A stretch of DNA of 64,000 nucleotides from Candidatus Omnitrophota bacterium (GTDB lineage: Bacteria; Omnitrophota; Gorgyraeia; Ghiorseimicrobiales; Ghiorseimicrobiaceae): assembly GCA_030681595.1 (NCBI GenBank), contig JAUXSB010000009.1, forward strand, positions 24,265 through 88,264, written 5' to 3'. The first letter of the stretch is position 1, and each line of letters opens with the position of its first letter. Made by a program: the position numbers and the translations under genes. Positions 28,047-38,385 of this stretch are shown here, piece by piece. Under the pieces are notes generated by a model, which searched no databases, had not been told where the DNA came from, and saw nothing but the letters and a program-made list of their open reading frames with translations.

Positions 28047-29237
28047 AAATACATTGTTTTAGTCCCGGATGGCATGGCGGATTACCCGGTTGAGGACTTG
28101 GGTGGCAAGACTCCTCTCGAGGCCGCAAAAACACCTAATTTAGATTTTGTGGTAAAAGAAGGTTTGCTGGGCCGGGTAAAAACTGTCCCTTTGGGGCTTC
28201 CGCCGGCATCGGATGTGGCAAATTTATCTATTTTTGGTTACGACCCGCAGAAATATTATACCGGAAGAGGGCCGTTTGAAGCGGCGAATTTAGGCATAGC
28301 GCTTGAGCCGGGCGACATCGCTTTTAGGTGTAATCTAATCACCGCGGAAGAAGATGTGCTTACTGATTATAGCGCCGGACATATTTCTACAAAAGAAGCC
28401 GTAGCGTTGATGAGGCTTATTAACGAAAAGTTAGGCAGTGAAAATATTTTGTTTTATCCGGGTATGAGCTACCGCCATATTATGATAGCAAAAGGGGGAG
28501 TCAATAAAAAACTAGATAAAATAAGGTGTGTCCCGCCGCATGATATTATCGGAGAAAAGGTATCCAAGAACCTGCCTTGCGGTGAGAATGCGGAAATTTT
28601 GATTAAGCTGATGCAGGCATCAAGAGAAATATTGTCCAGCCACGAGGTAAATAATGTGCGCATCGACCTAAAGGAAAATCCTGCGAATATGATCTGGCTC
28701 TGGGGCCAGGGGGTAAAACCGGATATGCCGAAGTTTAGCGAAAAGTTCGGAATTTCAGGCTCGGTAATTTCAGCGGTAGATTTAATTAAGGGTATTGGCA
28801 GGATTGCTGGGCTTGAAGTTATTGATGTCCCCGGCGCCACCGGCTATTATGATACGGATTACTTTGGCAAGGCCAAATACGCGCTTAAATCTTTAGACAC
28901 AAAGGATTTTGTCTATGTGCATATTGAGGCTCCCGATGAGGCAGGGCATAATGGCGACCTAAGAGAAAAGATTGCCGCGATAGAAAGATTTGATCAGTTG
29001 GTGGTTGGGACTATCTTAGATGTTTTAAAAGAGAAAGAGGATTTCCGCTTGCTTATACTGCCAGACCATGCTACGCCTTTATCTAAGCGTACGCATACGC
29101 CAGACGATGTAGGTTTTGTGATTTATGGCTCTGGTATTGTTTCTAACGGCTATTCTGTATTTACTGAGGAGGAGGCAAAGAAAAGCAGCCTGTATATTAC
29201 AGAAGGGCATAAATTGATGGAATACTTTATAAGATAA
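28044..29237 (+). CDS. apgM: 2,3-bisphosphoglycerate-independent phosphoglycerate mutase, archaeal-type (ApgM)
   Basis: 397 aa alkaline-phosphatase superfamily. The N-terminus LVPDGMADYP is typical of ApgM. Confidence 0.85.
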   Translation: MKYIVLVPDGMADYPVEDLGGKTPLEAAKTPNLDFVVKEGLLGRVKTVPLGLPPASDVANLSIFGYDPQKYYTGRGPFEAANLGIALEPGDIAFRCNLITAEEDVLTDYSAGHISTKEAVALMRLINEKLGSENILFYPGMSYRHIMIAKGGVNKKLDKIRCVPPHDIIGEKVSKNLPCGENAEILIKLMQASREILSSHEVNNVRIDLKENPANMIWLWGQGVKPDMPKFSEKFGISGSVISAVDLIKGIGRIAGLEVIDVPGATGYYDTDYFGKAKYALKSLDTKDFVYVHIEAPDEAGHNGDLREKIAAIERFDQLVVGTILDVLKEKEDFRLLILPDHATPLSKRTHTPDDVGFVIYGSGIVSNGYSVFTEEEAKKSSLYITEGHKLMEYFIR

Positions 29238-29287
29238 TTAATGATTAATCGGCCAATTTTTAATACATATTTAGGGAGCAGGCTTTA

Positions 29288-30532
29288 ATGAAAAAACGTC
29301 TGATTGTGCAGAAATATGGCGGTTCTTCCGTAGCCAATCCCGAGCGGATTAAAAAAGTTGCCGAGAGAGTGGTTAAATACAGAAAAAAAGGTAAAAATTT
29401 AGTCGTGGTAGTTTCGGCTTTAGGCGATACAACCGACGAACTTATACAATTGGCCGCGCAAATTACAACTTCTCCTTCAGAACGCGAGATGGATATGCTT
29501 TTAGCTACCGGGGAGCAGGTTTCAAGTGCTCTCTTGGCGATGGCAATACAAAAATTGGGTTTTAGCGCTATTTCTCTTACCGGGCCGCAAGTCGGTATCG
29601 TTACCGATACCGCCCATACGAAAGCGCGTATCGTAAAAATCGGCGCTGAGCGCATACGGCAGGAACTTAAGAAGGGTAGGATTGTAATTGTCGCCGGTTT
29701 TCAGGGGATGACTGAGGCGCAGGATATTACTACACTTGGCCGCGGCGGATCAGATTTAACCGCCGTAGCTTTAGCAAAGGCGTTGGACGCCGATGAGTGC
29801 GAGATTTATACTGATGTTTCAGGAATTTATACAACGGATCCGCGTATTGAGGCAAGCGCGCATAAACTTAATTGTATTACATACGATGAAATGCTGGAAA
29901 TGGCCTCTCTTGGCGCCCAGGTGATGCAGGCGCGTTCAATTGAGGTGGCCAAGAAATTCAATATTCCTTTACATGTGCGTTCAAGCTTTAATTACGAGCG
30001 CGGGACGATGATTTGCAATGTTTGTAAGCTTAATAAAGAGGAGGCAAAAGCAATGGAAGACGTCCTAATCAGCGGAGTTACTTTAAATAAGAATGAAGCA
30101 AAGTTTACTTTGTGTGATGTGCCGGATAAGCCGGGTATCGCGGCGGTGCTTTTTGAAGAATTGTCTGATGCTGAAATAAACGTGGACATGATCGTGCAGA
30201 ATGTTTCGCGCACAAAACAAACTGATATTTCTTTTACGGTGCCGAAGAATAACTTGAATAAAGCGTTACGGATTACGCGCAGGGTTTCAAAATCAGTAGG
30301 CGCAGGATCCGTAATCGCCGATAGCGATGTGGCGCGTGTTTCTATTGTCGGGGTAGGCATGAAGACTCATCCGGGGGTTGCCGCAAAGATGTTTGAGGCG
30401 CTGGCAGAGAATAAAATTAATATTGAGATGATTTCGACAAGCGAAATTAGTATTTCCTGTTTGATAAAGAAAAGCGCTGGCGAGCCGGCTGTGCGCGCGC
30501 TGCATAGTAAGTTTAATTTGGGAAAGAAATGA
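29288..30532 (+). CDS. lysC: aspartate kinase (monofunctional, two ACT domains)
   Basis: 414 aa amino-acid kinase fold with tandem ACT domains. Confidence 0.9.
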   Translation: MKKRLIVQKYGGSSVANPERIKKVAERVVKYRKKGKNLVVVVSALGDTTDELIQLAAQITTSPSEREMDMLLATGEQVSSALLAMAIQKLGFSAISLTGPQVGIVTDTAHTKARIVKIGAERIRQELKKGRIVIVAGFQGMTEAQDITTLGRGGSDLTAVALAKALDADECEIYTDVSGIYTTDPRIEASAHKLNCITYDEMLEMASLGAQVMQARSIEVAKKFNIPLHVRSSFNYERGTMICNVCKLNKEEAKAMEDVLISGVTLNKNEAKFTLCDVPDKPGIAAVLFEELSDAEINVDMIVQNVSRTKQTDISFTVPKNNLNKALRITRRVSKSVGAGSVIADSDVARVSIVGVGMKTHPGVAAKMFEALAENKINIEMISTSEISISCLIKKSAGEPAVRALHSKFNLGKK

Positions 30533-32100
30533 CTATGATTAAGAAAGTACAACTTTACGATACAACCTTGCGCGACGGCGCGCAATCCGAAGGGATTTCT
30601 TATTCTGTTACCGATAAAATTTTGATTGCCCGTAAGCTTGATGGGCTGGGGATTGACTACATTGAAGGCGGCTGGCCGGCTAATGTAAAGGACGAACAGT
30701 TTTTTAAGAAACTGAAAAAAAGAAATCATTTTAAGCATGCCAAATTAACGGCTTTTGCCGCGACTAGGCGCGTGGATGTTTCAGTGGAGAAGGATAAAAG
30801 CCTATGCGCTGTTTTAAAGGCCCAAACCCCCGTGGTAACGATATTCGGCAAGACTTGGGATTTGCACGTAAGGGATGTATTGAGAGTATCACTTGATGAG
30901 AACCTTAAGATTATAACAGAGACGGTTGAATTTTTACGTAAACACGATAAAGAAGTTATCTATGATGCCGAGCATTTTTTTGACGCTTACAAGGCAAATC
31001 CGGAATACGCGCTAAAGACTATCGTCGCAGCTCAGGATGCGGGGGCCGCCAATATTACCTTCTGTGATACTAATGGCGGAACTTTGACTTGCGATCTGAT
31101 AAAAATTATTTCCGGGTTAAAGTCAAAATTAAAGATTCCCTTTGGAATACACACGCATAATGATTTAGATCTGGCGGTAGCGAATTCTATTGCCGCTGTT
31201 GAATTAGGGGCAAGTTTAGTGCAGGGGACATTTAACGGCTATGGCGAGCGCTGCGGTAATGCCAATCTTAGCACTATTATCGGGATATTAAAAACGAAGA
31301 TGTTTATAGATTGTATATCTAACGAGCAGTTAAAAGAGCTTACAAAGGCAGCGTATTTTGTCAGTGAAATAAGTAATGTGAGGCCGGCAGAGAATCAGCC
31401 GTTTGTGGGAAGGTCTGCTTTTGCGCATAAAGGCGGAGTGCATATCAACGCGATAATGAAAAATCCGGACAGTTACGAGCATATAAAGCCGGAATTAGTC
31501 GGAAATCATCGCCGTTTATTGGTCTCGGAACTTGCCGGAAAAACCCCGATTCTTATCAAGGCAAAAGAATTGAAGTTAGATTTAGACAAGAAATCGCCGC
31601 AGGCAAAGAAAGTCTTGGAGTTACTGCAAAAGTTAGAGCATCAAGGGTATCAGTTTGAGGCGGCAGAAGCCTCTTTTGAAATATTGGTGAAAAAGGCGCT
31701 TAAGAAATACAAAAACTTTTTTGTTTTGGAGAGTTTCCGGGTAATCATTGAGAAAAGAAGAAACGGCAAAATTACTTCCGAGGCGACTATAAAGCTAAAG
31801 GTAAATAACGTCGAGGAACATACCTCTGCCGAAGGCGACGGCCCGGTAAACGCGCTTGACAACGCTTTACGTAAAGCGCTTCGCGATTTTTATCCTCAGC
31901 TTTCAAAGATGCGTTTGTCCGATTTTAAAGTGCGCGTTTTGGACGCGAAGACAGGCACCGCCGCTAAAGTGCGCGTATTAATTGAGTCCGAAGACGAAAA
32001 AGATACTTGGGGTACCGTCGGTGTATCTGAAAATATTATTGAAGCAAGCTGGCAGGCGTTAGTTGACAGCGTCGAATATAAATTATTAAAGGACAAGTAA
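30529..32100 (+). CDS. LeuA-family synthase, citramalate synthase (CimA)-like or 2-isopropylmalate synthase
   Basis: 523 aa DRE-TIM barrel ([14 protein letters not shown]) plus a LeuA-dimer regulatory domain. The length and N-terminus resemble CimA. Function inferred. Confidence 0.8.
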   Translation: MTMIKKVQLYDTTLRDGAQSEGISYSVTDKILIARKLDGLGIDYIEGGWPANVKDEQFFKKLKKRNHFKHAKLTAFAATRRVDVSVEKDKSLCAVLKAQTPVVTIFGKTWDLHVRDVLRVSLDENLKIITETVEFLRKHDKEVIYDAEHFFDAYKANPEYALKTIVAAQDAGAANITFCDTNGGTLTCDLIKIISGLKSKLKIPFGIHTHNDLDLAVANSIAAVELGASLVQGTFNGYGERCGNANLSTIIGILKTKMFIDCISNEQLKELTKAAYFVSEISNVRPAENQPFVGRSAFAHKGGVHINAIMKNPDSYEHIKPELVGNHRRLLVSELAGKTPILIKAKELKLDLDKKSPQAKKVLELLQKLEHQGYQFEAAEASFEILVKKALKKYKNFFVLESFRVIIEKRRNGKITSEATIKLKVNNVEEHTSAEGDGPVNALDNALRKALRDFYPQLSKMRLSDFKVRVLDAKTGTAAKVRVLIESEDEKDTWGTVGVSENIIEASWQALVDSVEYKLLKDK

Positions 32101-32132
32101 AATAGAAAGAATATAATTTTCCAAACAACATA

Positions 32133-34940
32133 ATGAACGAAATTCCCTCCCGATATAACCCCAAAGAAGTTGAAGAGAAATGGTATAAGTTTTGGGAAGA
32201 AAATAAGCTATTTTCCGCAAAGCCCACTCCTAATAAGAAACCTTTCTGTATAGTCATACCTCCGCCTAATGTGACCGGAATTTTACACATGGGGCATGCC
32301 TTGAATAATTTCATACAGGATATTTTAACCCGTTACCAGCGAATGAAAGGTAGTGAGGCGCTCTGGATACCTGGGACAGACCATGCCGGGATTGCCACGC
32401 AGAACGTGGTGGAGAAGAAATTGGCTAAAGAAGGTAAAAAACGGCAGGACTTAGGGCGCGATGAATTTTTAAAGGAAGTCTGGAAATGGCGCGAGGAATA
32501 CGGTTCAACTATTATCAAGCAGCTTAAGAAATTAGGCGCATCCTGTGATTGGGAGCGTACTCGTTTTACTATGGATGAGGGCTACAGTGATGCAGTGCTG
32601 GAAGTATTTATTCATTTATATAATAAAGGCCTCATTTATCGGGGAAAGCGTATTATTAATTGGTGCCCGCGTTGTTCAACCGCGCTTAGCGATGAAGAAG
32701 CTCCTTATAAGGAATTGGAAGGGCAGCTTTATTATATACGGTATCCAATTAAAGTCACCAGTCATACCCTTGCGGGCACAGGCCAGTCATACCCTTGCGG
32801 GCACAGGCCAGTCACCAGAAAAAAACAGAAAACTATCAATTACGTAGTAGTGGCGACGACGCGGCCGGAGACGATGTTGGGCGATACGGCGGTAGCGGTT
32901 AATCCCAAAGACAAGCGCTATAAAGACCTGATAGGAAAGACTGTTATTCTTCCTTTGGTTGAGCGGGAAATTAAAATTATCGCTGATAATTTTGTTGATC
33001 CGAAATTCGGTACAGGCGCGGTTAAGGTTACCCCTGCCCATGATCCTAACGATTACCAGATGGGGCTGCGGCATAATCTAGAGTTTATTAATATTATGCA
33101 GGTCGATGGTGTGTTGAATTCTAATGCCGGCGAATACGATGGTATGGATAGGTTTGAGGCACGCCAGGCAATAGTTAACGATTTAAAAGAGCGTAAGCTG
33201 CTGGAGAAAATAGAACCGCATATGCATTCCGTAGGGCATTGCTATCGTTGTTCAACCGTAATTGAGCCATATTTGTCCAACCAGTGGTTTGTGAAAATGA
33301 AGCCTTTATCCAAACTCGCGTTGGAAGCGGTGAAAAAAGGCGAAATTAAATTTTATCCTAAGCGTTGGACAAAGGTTTATTTAAACTGGATGGAAAATAT
33401 TCAGGATTGGTGTATCTCGCGGCAGATTTGGTGGGGGCATAGGATGCCTGTTTATTATTGTAAAAATTGCTACAAGCCTCAAGCTTCAGGCTCCAAGCTT
33501 CAAACTGAAAAAGAAAAGCCTGCAGCAGATAAGGGTATCTTTGTTTCAAAGAATAAGCCGGAGAAATGCCCGGATTGCGGCTCAAGCGATATTTATCAAG
33601 ACGAAGATGTGTTGGATACTTGGTTTTCTTCCTGGCTCTGGCCGTTTGCGACGTTTGGCTGGCCGTTTACAAGCTACAAGCCTCAAGCTGCAAGCGACAA
33701 GCAAAAAAGCCTGCAGCAGGACGAACTTAATTACTTCTACCCTACTTCGGTATTAGTGACTGCTCAGGAAATAATCTTTTTCTGGGTGGCGCGCATGATT
33801 ATGGCGGGCTTTGAATTTATGGGTAAAAAGCCGTTTTCCGATGTTTATATCCATGGTACGGTGCGCGACGATACCGGTAAAAAGATGTCTAAGTCTCTGG
33901 GTAATATTATTGACCCGCTTGAAATTATAAATGAGTTTGGATCAGACGCGCTTCGTTTCAGTATTATTTCCCTGACCAGCGTAGGCCAGGATGTCTTTTT
34001 ATCTAGGAATAAATTTGAATACGGCAGGAATTTCGCCAATAAAGTCTGGAATGCCTCGCGCTATACCATAATGAACCTTAAGCCAGAAGAAATAAATGTG
34101 GATTTGTGCGCCTATTCTAAAGGTATATCCGGGCTTGCCGAGAAGTGGATTTTAAGCCGGTTTTACAGCGCTTTAGATAGAATAGAGAAGGCGCTTAAGC
34201 AGTATAAAATTAACGAGGCGGCTAAGGTAATGTATGAATTTTTCTGGCATAATTTCTGTGATTGGTACCTGGAATTTTCTAAGTTAACATTGGGGAGGCG
34301 CCAAACGCAGGTTGTGCTTTATAAGGTATTGGAAAAATCCCTGCGTGTTATGCATCCGTTCTTGCCGCATCTGACCGAAGAAATATGGCATAACCTGCCG
34401 GGTACAAAATCGTCCATAATGACGGAAAGCTGGCCGCATTTGCAGAAACAGTTTATCTCAAAAACAACGGATAAACAGATGCAGGTTTTGATAGATTTAA
34501 TTTCCCTGATAAGGAATATCCGTTCTGAATGGCACATATTGGAACACGCTGAAATAGAATGTATTATTAAGACTACAGATAAGGCTTCAAAAAAACTCAT
34601 ACAGGAAAACGATATTTATCTAAAAAAATTAGCAAAGCTAGGCCAGATAAAAATCGTAGAGAAAGCCGAAGATGTTTCCATGTGCGCATCCGGCGTGGCA
34701 GGAAAACTCGATTTTTATATACCACTTGAAAAACTTATTGATTTGACAAAAGAAAAAGAGCGCCTGTCTAAACAAATACAGTCATTTGAGGCGCAGTTTA
34801 AGGCTTTGAGAGAAAGATTAAAGAATAAGGAATTTCTTAAAAAAGCGCCCAACGAAGTGGTGGAAAAAGAAAAAATCAGGTTAGAAGAGTTATCGAAATT
34901 AATCAAGCGTATTGGCGATAATTTAAAAGTATTGGGTTAA
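32133..34940 (+). CDS. valS: valine--tRNA ligase, carrying in-frame repeat insertions
   Basis: 935 aa. HIGH (PPNVTGILHMGHA), KMSKS, editing domain, and a C-terminal coiled coil. Confidence 0.93.
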   Translation: MNEIPSRYNPKEVEEKWYKFWEENKLFSAKPTPNKKPFCIVIPPPNVTGILHMGHALNNFIQDILTRYQRMKGSEALWIPGTDHAGIATQNVVEKKLAKEGKKRQDLGRDEFLKEVWKWREEYGSTIIKQLKKLGASCDWERTRFTMDEGYSDAVLEVFIHLYNKGLIYRGKRIINWCPRCSTALSDEEAPYKELEGQLYYIRYPIKVTSHTLAGTGQSYPCGHRPVTRKKQKTINYVVVATTRPETMLGDTAVAVNPKDKRYKDLIGKTVILPLVEREIKIIADNFVDPKFGTGAVKVTPAHDPNDYQMGLRHNLEFINIMQVDGVLNSNAGEYDGMDRFEARQAIVNDLKERKLLEKIEPHMHSVGHCYRCSTVIEPYLSNQWFVKMKPLSKLALEAVKKGEIKFYPKRWTKVYLNWMENIQDWCISRQIWWGHRMPVYYCKNCYKPQASGSKLQTEKEKPAADKGIFVSKNKPEKCPDCGSSDIYQDEDVLDTWFSSWLWPFATFGWPFTSYKPQAASDKQKSLQQDELNYFYPTSVLVTAQEIIFFWVARMIMAGFEFMGKKPFSDVYIHGTVRDDTGKKMSKSLGNIIDPLEIINEFGSDALRFSIISLTSVGQDVFLSRNKFEYGRNFANKVWNASRYTIMNLKPEEINVDLCAYSKGISGLAEKWILSRFYSALDRIEKALKQYKINEAAKVMYEFFWHNFCDWYLEFSKLTLGRRQTQVVLYKVLEKSLRVMHPFLPHLTEEIWHNLPGTKSSIMTESWPHLQKQFISKTTDKQMQVLIDLISLIRNIRSEWHILEHAEIECIIKTTDKASKKLIQENDIYLKKLAKLGQIKIVEKAEDVSMCASGVAGKLDFYIPLEKLIDLTKEKERLSKQIQSFEAQFKALRERLKNKEFLKKAPNEVVEKEKIRLEELSKLIKRIGDNLKVLG
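32755..32818 (+). repeat. in-frame repeat insertion A: 25-bp unit tcatacccttgcgggcacaggccag in tandem x2, flanked by tcaccag direct repeats
   Basis: Read directly. The two copies are translated in different frames (SHTLAGTGQ, then SYPCGHRPV). Net insert 57 bp. The same unit recurs in nadC. Confidence 0.85.
33468..33533 (+). repeat. in-frame repeat insertion B copy 1 (heptamer-based: five NNCAAGC units plus aaaagcctgcagcag)
   Basis: ctacaagcctcaagct…aagcctgcagcag recurs 200 bp downstream. It sits between the two Cys pairs of the valS zinc knuckle. Confidence 0.7.
33668..33725 (+). repeat. in-frame repeat insertion B copy 2
   Basis: acaagc tacaagc ctcaagc tgcaagc gacaagc aaaaaagcctgcagcagg. 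The 3' block is read in a different frame from copy 1. Confidence 0.7.
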
Positions 34941-34943
34941 ATT

Positions 34944-35843
34944 ATGCAGAAAAAAGAAATTATCAATATCGTAAAAAATGCCCTTAGGGAAGATGCCGCG
35001 GATAGAGATATTACTACGCAGGCGCTTATTCCTCTGGATTTAAGGGCAGCGGCAAGGATTATTACCAAAGAAAATGGGGTAGTTTGCGGATTAAGCATTG
35101 CGGAACTCGCCTTTAAGCTGTTGGATAAAAATATCAAGTTTAAGGCAAAAGTCAAAGATGGTGCGGTAATAAAAAATGGTAGTTGTTTGGCAGAGATTTA
35201 CGGTAGGGCACGGCCAATTTTATCTGCAGAACGTACCGCACTCAATTTCTTAGGGAATCTTTGTGGAATAGCCGCGTTTACCCGTCAATTCGTAGAAAAA
35301 GTTAAACCGTATAAAACTAAGATTCTGGATACCAGAAAAACTACGCCGAATTTAAGAATACTGGAAAAATACGCGGTGCGTTGCGGCGGCGGGTTCAACT
35401 ACCGTTTTGATTTAAGCGAACAAATATTGGTTAAAGATAACCACATAAGAATCACAAATGACAAATTACAAATGGCAAATTTAAAATATGTCGTTGAGGC
35501 CGTACGAAAAAACGTGAAGGGTAAAAAAATTGAGATTGAGGTAGATAATTTAAGGCAGTTCAAAGAAGTAATTGCTGTGGCGCCCGATATTATCATGCTG
35601 GATAATTTTAATCTGTCTGATATCAAAAAAGCGGTAAAGATTAAAAATCGGTCACCAGTCATACCCTTGCGGGCACAGGCCAGCCACCGGTCGCCGGTAA
35701 AACTAGAAGCATCTGGTGGAATAACTTTAAGAAATATTAAGAAAGTTGCTGCAACCGGCGTAGATTTTATCTCTATCGGCGCGCTCACCCATTCAGTTAA
35801 ATCCTTGGATTTATCTTTAGAAATCACTAAAAAATCTGCGTAA
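34944..35843 (+). CDS. nadC: nicotinate-nucleotide pyrophosphorylase (carboxylating), carrying an in-frame repeat insertion
   Basis: 299 aa QPRTase. The usual C-terminal …LEASGGI motif is interrupted by the insert. Confidence 0.88.
   Translation: MQKKEIINIVKNALREDAADRDITTQALIPLDLRAAARIITKENGVVCGLSIAELAFKLLDKNIKFKAKVKDGAVIKNGSCLAEIYGRARPILSAERTALNFLGNLCGIAAFTRQFVEKVKPYKTKILDTRKTTPNLRILEKYAVRCGGGFNYRFDLSEQILVKDNHIRITNDKLQMANLKYVVEAVRKNVKGKKIEIEVDNLRQFKEVIAVAPDIIMLDNFNLSDIKKAVKIKNRSPVIPLRAQASHRSPVKLEASGGITLRNIKKVAATGVDFISIGALTHSVKSLDLSLEITKKSA
35651..35690 (+). repeat. in-frame insertion of repeat A (single 25-bp unit, flanks tcaccag / ccaccgg) in nadC
   Basis: Identical 25-mer to the valS copies, translated in the third possible frame (VIPLRAQAS). 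Net ~39 bp. Confidence 0.85.
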
Positions 35844-35876
35844 TATTTTTTATAATCGGTGTAATCATATTTTCGT

Positions 35877-37838
35877 ATGTTTAAGCTTAAAAGCCCTTAT
35901 AAACCTTGCGGAGACCAGCCGCAGGCGATTAGGAAATTAGCCGATAATTTGAATAACGGTATAAGGGACCAGGTGCTTTTGGGTGTTACCGGCTCTGGTA
36001 AAACTTTTACCCTTGCCAATGTAATCGCCAAAATAAATAAACCCACGCTGGTTATCTCACATAATAAAACCTTAGCAGCCCAGCTTTACGGCGAGTTTAA
36101 AGAATTTTTTCCGGAAAATGCCGTTGAGTATTTTGTCAGCTATTACGATTATTACCAGCCGGAAGCGTATATCCCCACCACCGATACTTATATTGAAAAG
36201 GATTCTTCTATAAACGAACGTCTAGACCGCCTGCGTCTTTCAGCGACTACCTCGCTTATGAGCCGCTCAGATGTAATTGTGGTGGCTTCGGTTTCTTGTA
36301 TTTATAGTCTGGGCTCACCAGAAGACTACCGCCAGGCTCTGGTTTTTGTAGAAAAAGGAGAGAAGATAAACCGCGACAGTTTACTTTTGGAATTAGTCAA
36401 AATCCAGTATGAGCGTAATGATACGGATATATCGCGCGGTAAATTCCGTGTGCGCGGAGACGTAATTGAATTATTCCCCGCATACCGTCAAACCGCTTAT
36501 CGCATTGAATTAACAGATGATATCGTTTATTCTATTTCTGAAATAGACCCATTGACTAAAAAAACCATTTCCAAATTAGACAAAGTCGCGATTTATCCGG
36601 CAAAGCATTTTATCGTTTCCGAAGACAAAATTGATAGCGCTATTTTCTTAATATATAAGGAATTAGAAGATCAGCTTTTGGTTTTACGCAAAAATAATAA
36701 GCTTTTAGAGGCGCAGCGCCTTGAATCGCGGACAAAATACGATATGGAGATGCTTGCCGAGATTGGCTATTGCCACGGCATAGAAAATTATTCCCGGCAT
36801 TTGTCTAACAGGCTGATTGGTTCGCGTCCATCCTGCCTGATTGATTATTTTCCGCAAAATTTTCTAACCGTAATTGATGAATCACATGTGACCATACCGC
36901 AGATAAGAGGAATGTATGAGGGGGATAAGGCGCGCAAGGAAACCTTGGTGAATTATGGTTTTCGCCTGCCTTCATGTTTAGATAACCGGCCGCTAAAATT
37001 TAACGAATTTGAGTCTTTGGTGGCCCAGACGGTTTTTGTCTCTGCCACACCGAGCGATTTTGAGGTAAAAAAATCACGCGGCGAAATTGTTGAGCAGGTA
37101 ATCCGTCCCACGGGCTTAGTTGATCCTGAAATAGAAGTGCGGAAAAGCGACGGACAGATTGAGGATTTAATCAAAGAGATTGCCAAGCGCGCGGAATGTG
37201 GCGAGCGTACCCTCGTTACTACCTTGACTAAGCGTATGGCAGAGGATTTATGCGCTTATCTTAAGGATGAAGGGGTAAAAGTAAAGTATCTTCATTCGGA
37301 GATAAAAACTATAGAGCGGACAAAAATCTTAAAAGAACTGCGCGAGAAAAGTTTTGATTGCCTAGTCGGAATAAATTTACTGCGCGAAGGATTAGATTTG
37401 CCGGAAGTCTCATTGGTCGCGATTTTGGATGCCGATAAAGAAGGGTTTTTACGTTCAGAGACTTCTTTAATCCAGACTGCAGGCCGCGCCGCCCGCCATA
37501 TTAATGGCCATGTCTTAATGTATGCCGATAAAATTACCGGCTCAATGCATCGGGCGATAACTGAGAGCCGCCGCCGCAGAAAACTCCAGCTTGAATTTAA
37601 CAAAAAGCATAATATTACTCCGCGGGGAATTCAGAAAGCGATTAGAGCGTCTATTGAGCAGTGGGATGAGGCAGATGAATTAGCCAGAGATTTAACCGGC
37701 CTAACTGGCGACAAATACCTTTTAGAAGAGGCAATTTCAGAACTAGAGCGTGAAATGGAGCTTGCTGCTCGCAACCTGCAGTTTGAAAAAGCAATAGAGC
37801 TAAGAGATCAAATTAAAGCGTTGAAGAAAGGCGAATGA
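35877..37838 (+). CDS. uvrB: excinuclease ABC subunit B
   Basis: 653 aa. Walker A GVTGSGKT, helicase motifs, and a C-terminal UVR domain. Confidence 0.93.
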   Translation: MFKLKSPYKPCGDQPQAIRKLADNLNNGIRDQVLLGVTGSGKTFTLANVIAKINKPTLVISHNKTLAAQLYGEFKEFFPENAVEYFVSYYDYYQPEAYIPTTDTYIEKDSSINERLDRLRLSATTSLMSRSDVIVVASVSCIYSLGSPEDYRQALVFVEKGEKINRDSLLLELVKIQYERNDTDISRGKFRVRGDVIELFPAYRQTAYRIELTDDIVYSISEIDPLTKKTISKLDKVAIYPAKHFIVSEDKIDSAIFLIYKELEDQLLVLRKNNKLLEAQRLESRTKYDMEMLAEIGYCHGIENYSRHLSNRLIGSRPSCLIDYFPQNFLTVIDESHVTIPQIRGMYEGDKARKETLVNYGFRLPSCLDNRPLKFNEFESLVAQTVFVSATPSDFEVKKSRGEIVEQVIRPTGLVDPEIEVRKSDGQIEDLIKEIAKRAECGERTLVTTLTKRMAEDLCAYLKDEGVKVKYLHSEIKTIERTKILKELREKSFDCLVGINLLREGLDLPEVSLVAILDADKEGFLRSETSLIQTAGRAARHINGHVLMYADKITGSMHRAITESRRRRKLQLEFNKKHNITPRGIQKAIRASIEQWDEADELARDLTGLTGDKYLLEEAISELEREMELAARNLQFEKAIELRDQIKALKKGE

Positions 37839-37950
37839 AAGATCTTATTCGTCGCACTGGAATTTTCTGCCGTCTGCTACGGTTTACGACTCGTTCATTT
37901 TACGGAATTCCCTGCGGTCAGTTCCGTAATTCACTCGTCGTAACTCTTTG

Positions 37951-38316
37951 CAGACCCGCCAGAACGAAGTCGGGCTGGCATTTGCCAGTGAATTCCTAGT
38001 GTGCTTACGAATAAATCTTCCACTCGCCTTTTGTTTTGGTTGAAGAGGAATTATAATGAACCCGTTGCCCACCTCGGAGGTGGGCAACGGGTTAGATAAG
38101 CGAAATTCAGCTTATACGAAGTGCGGATTTTGTGATATTATATAGGCAAAGTTGAGATATTACGTAAGCAGAAGCTACAACTAAACGAAGAAAATAGTGT
38201 CGTTTCTGCGTAACACGTTTATTTAAAATAAGTTACACGATAAATCGATATTTCGCTAACACGTCGCTGAAAACCGGTTCCACCGCGGGCCAGCCCGACA
38301 AGCATTCTGGCGGGGG
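37951..38316. repeat. composite GC-rich element bounded by imperfect ~28-bp inverted repeats, with nested hairpins
   Basis: 37951-37979 (cagacccgccagaacgaagtcgggctggc) is the near reverse complement of 38289-38316. The interior has a perfect 17-bp-arm palindrome at 38059-38093. The terminal motif is shared with 11021-11100. Confidence 0.5.
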
Positions 38317-38385
38317 TGGAATAGGTTTGGTTCGTAATTAAACCGTTATCAACCTACGCGGTTGATATGGTTGGTAGGGTATAAT

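Noticed and set aside
32545-32847. 100-aa ORF in another frame of valS
   Set aside because: It is embedded in the well-supported valS reading frame and exists only because repeat A lacks stops in all frames.
37884-38087. 67-aa ORF on the - strand in the uvrB downstream gap
   Set aside because: It overlaps the palindromic repeat structures, has no SD and no homology signal. More likely non-coding.
38094-38361. Housekeeping ncRNA (RNase P RNA, tmRNA, SRP RNA or 6S) in the long non-coding gap
   Set aside because: No RNase P (GGAAAGTCCGGGCTCC-like), tmRNA (resume-codon tag ORF and tRNA-like ends) or SRP (GGAA tetraloop domain IV) signatures are visible. Left as an unassigned structured region.
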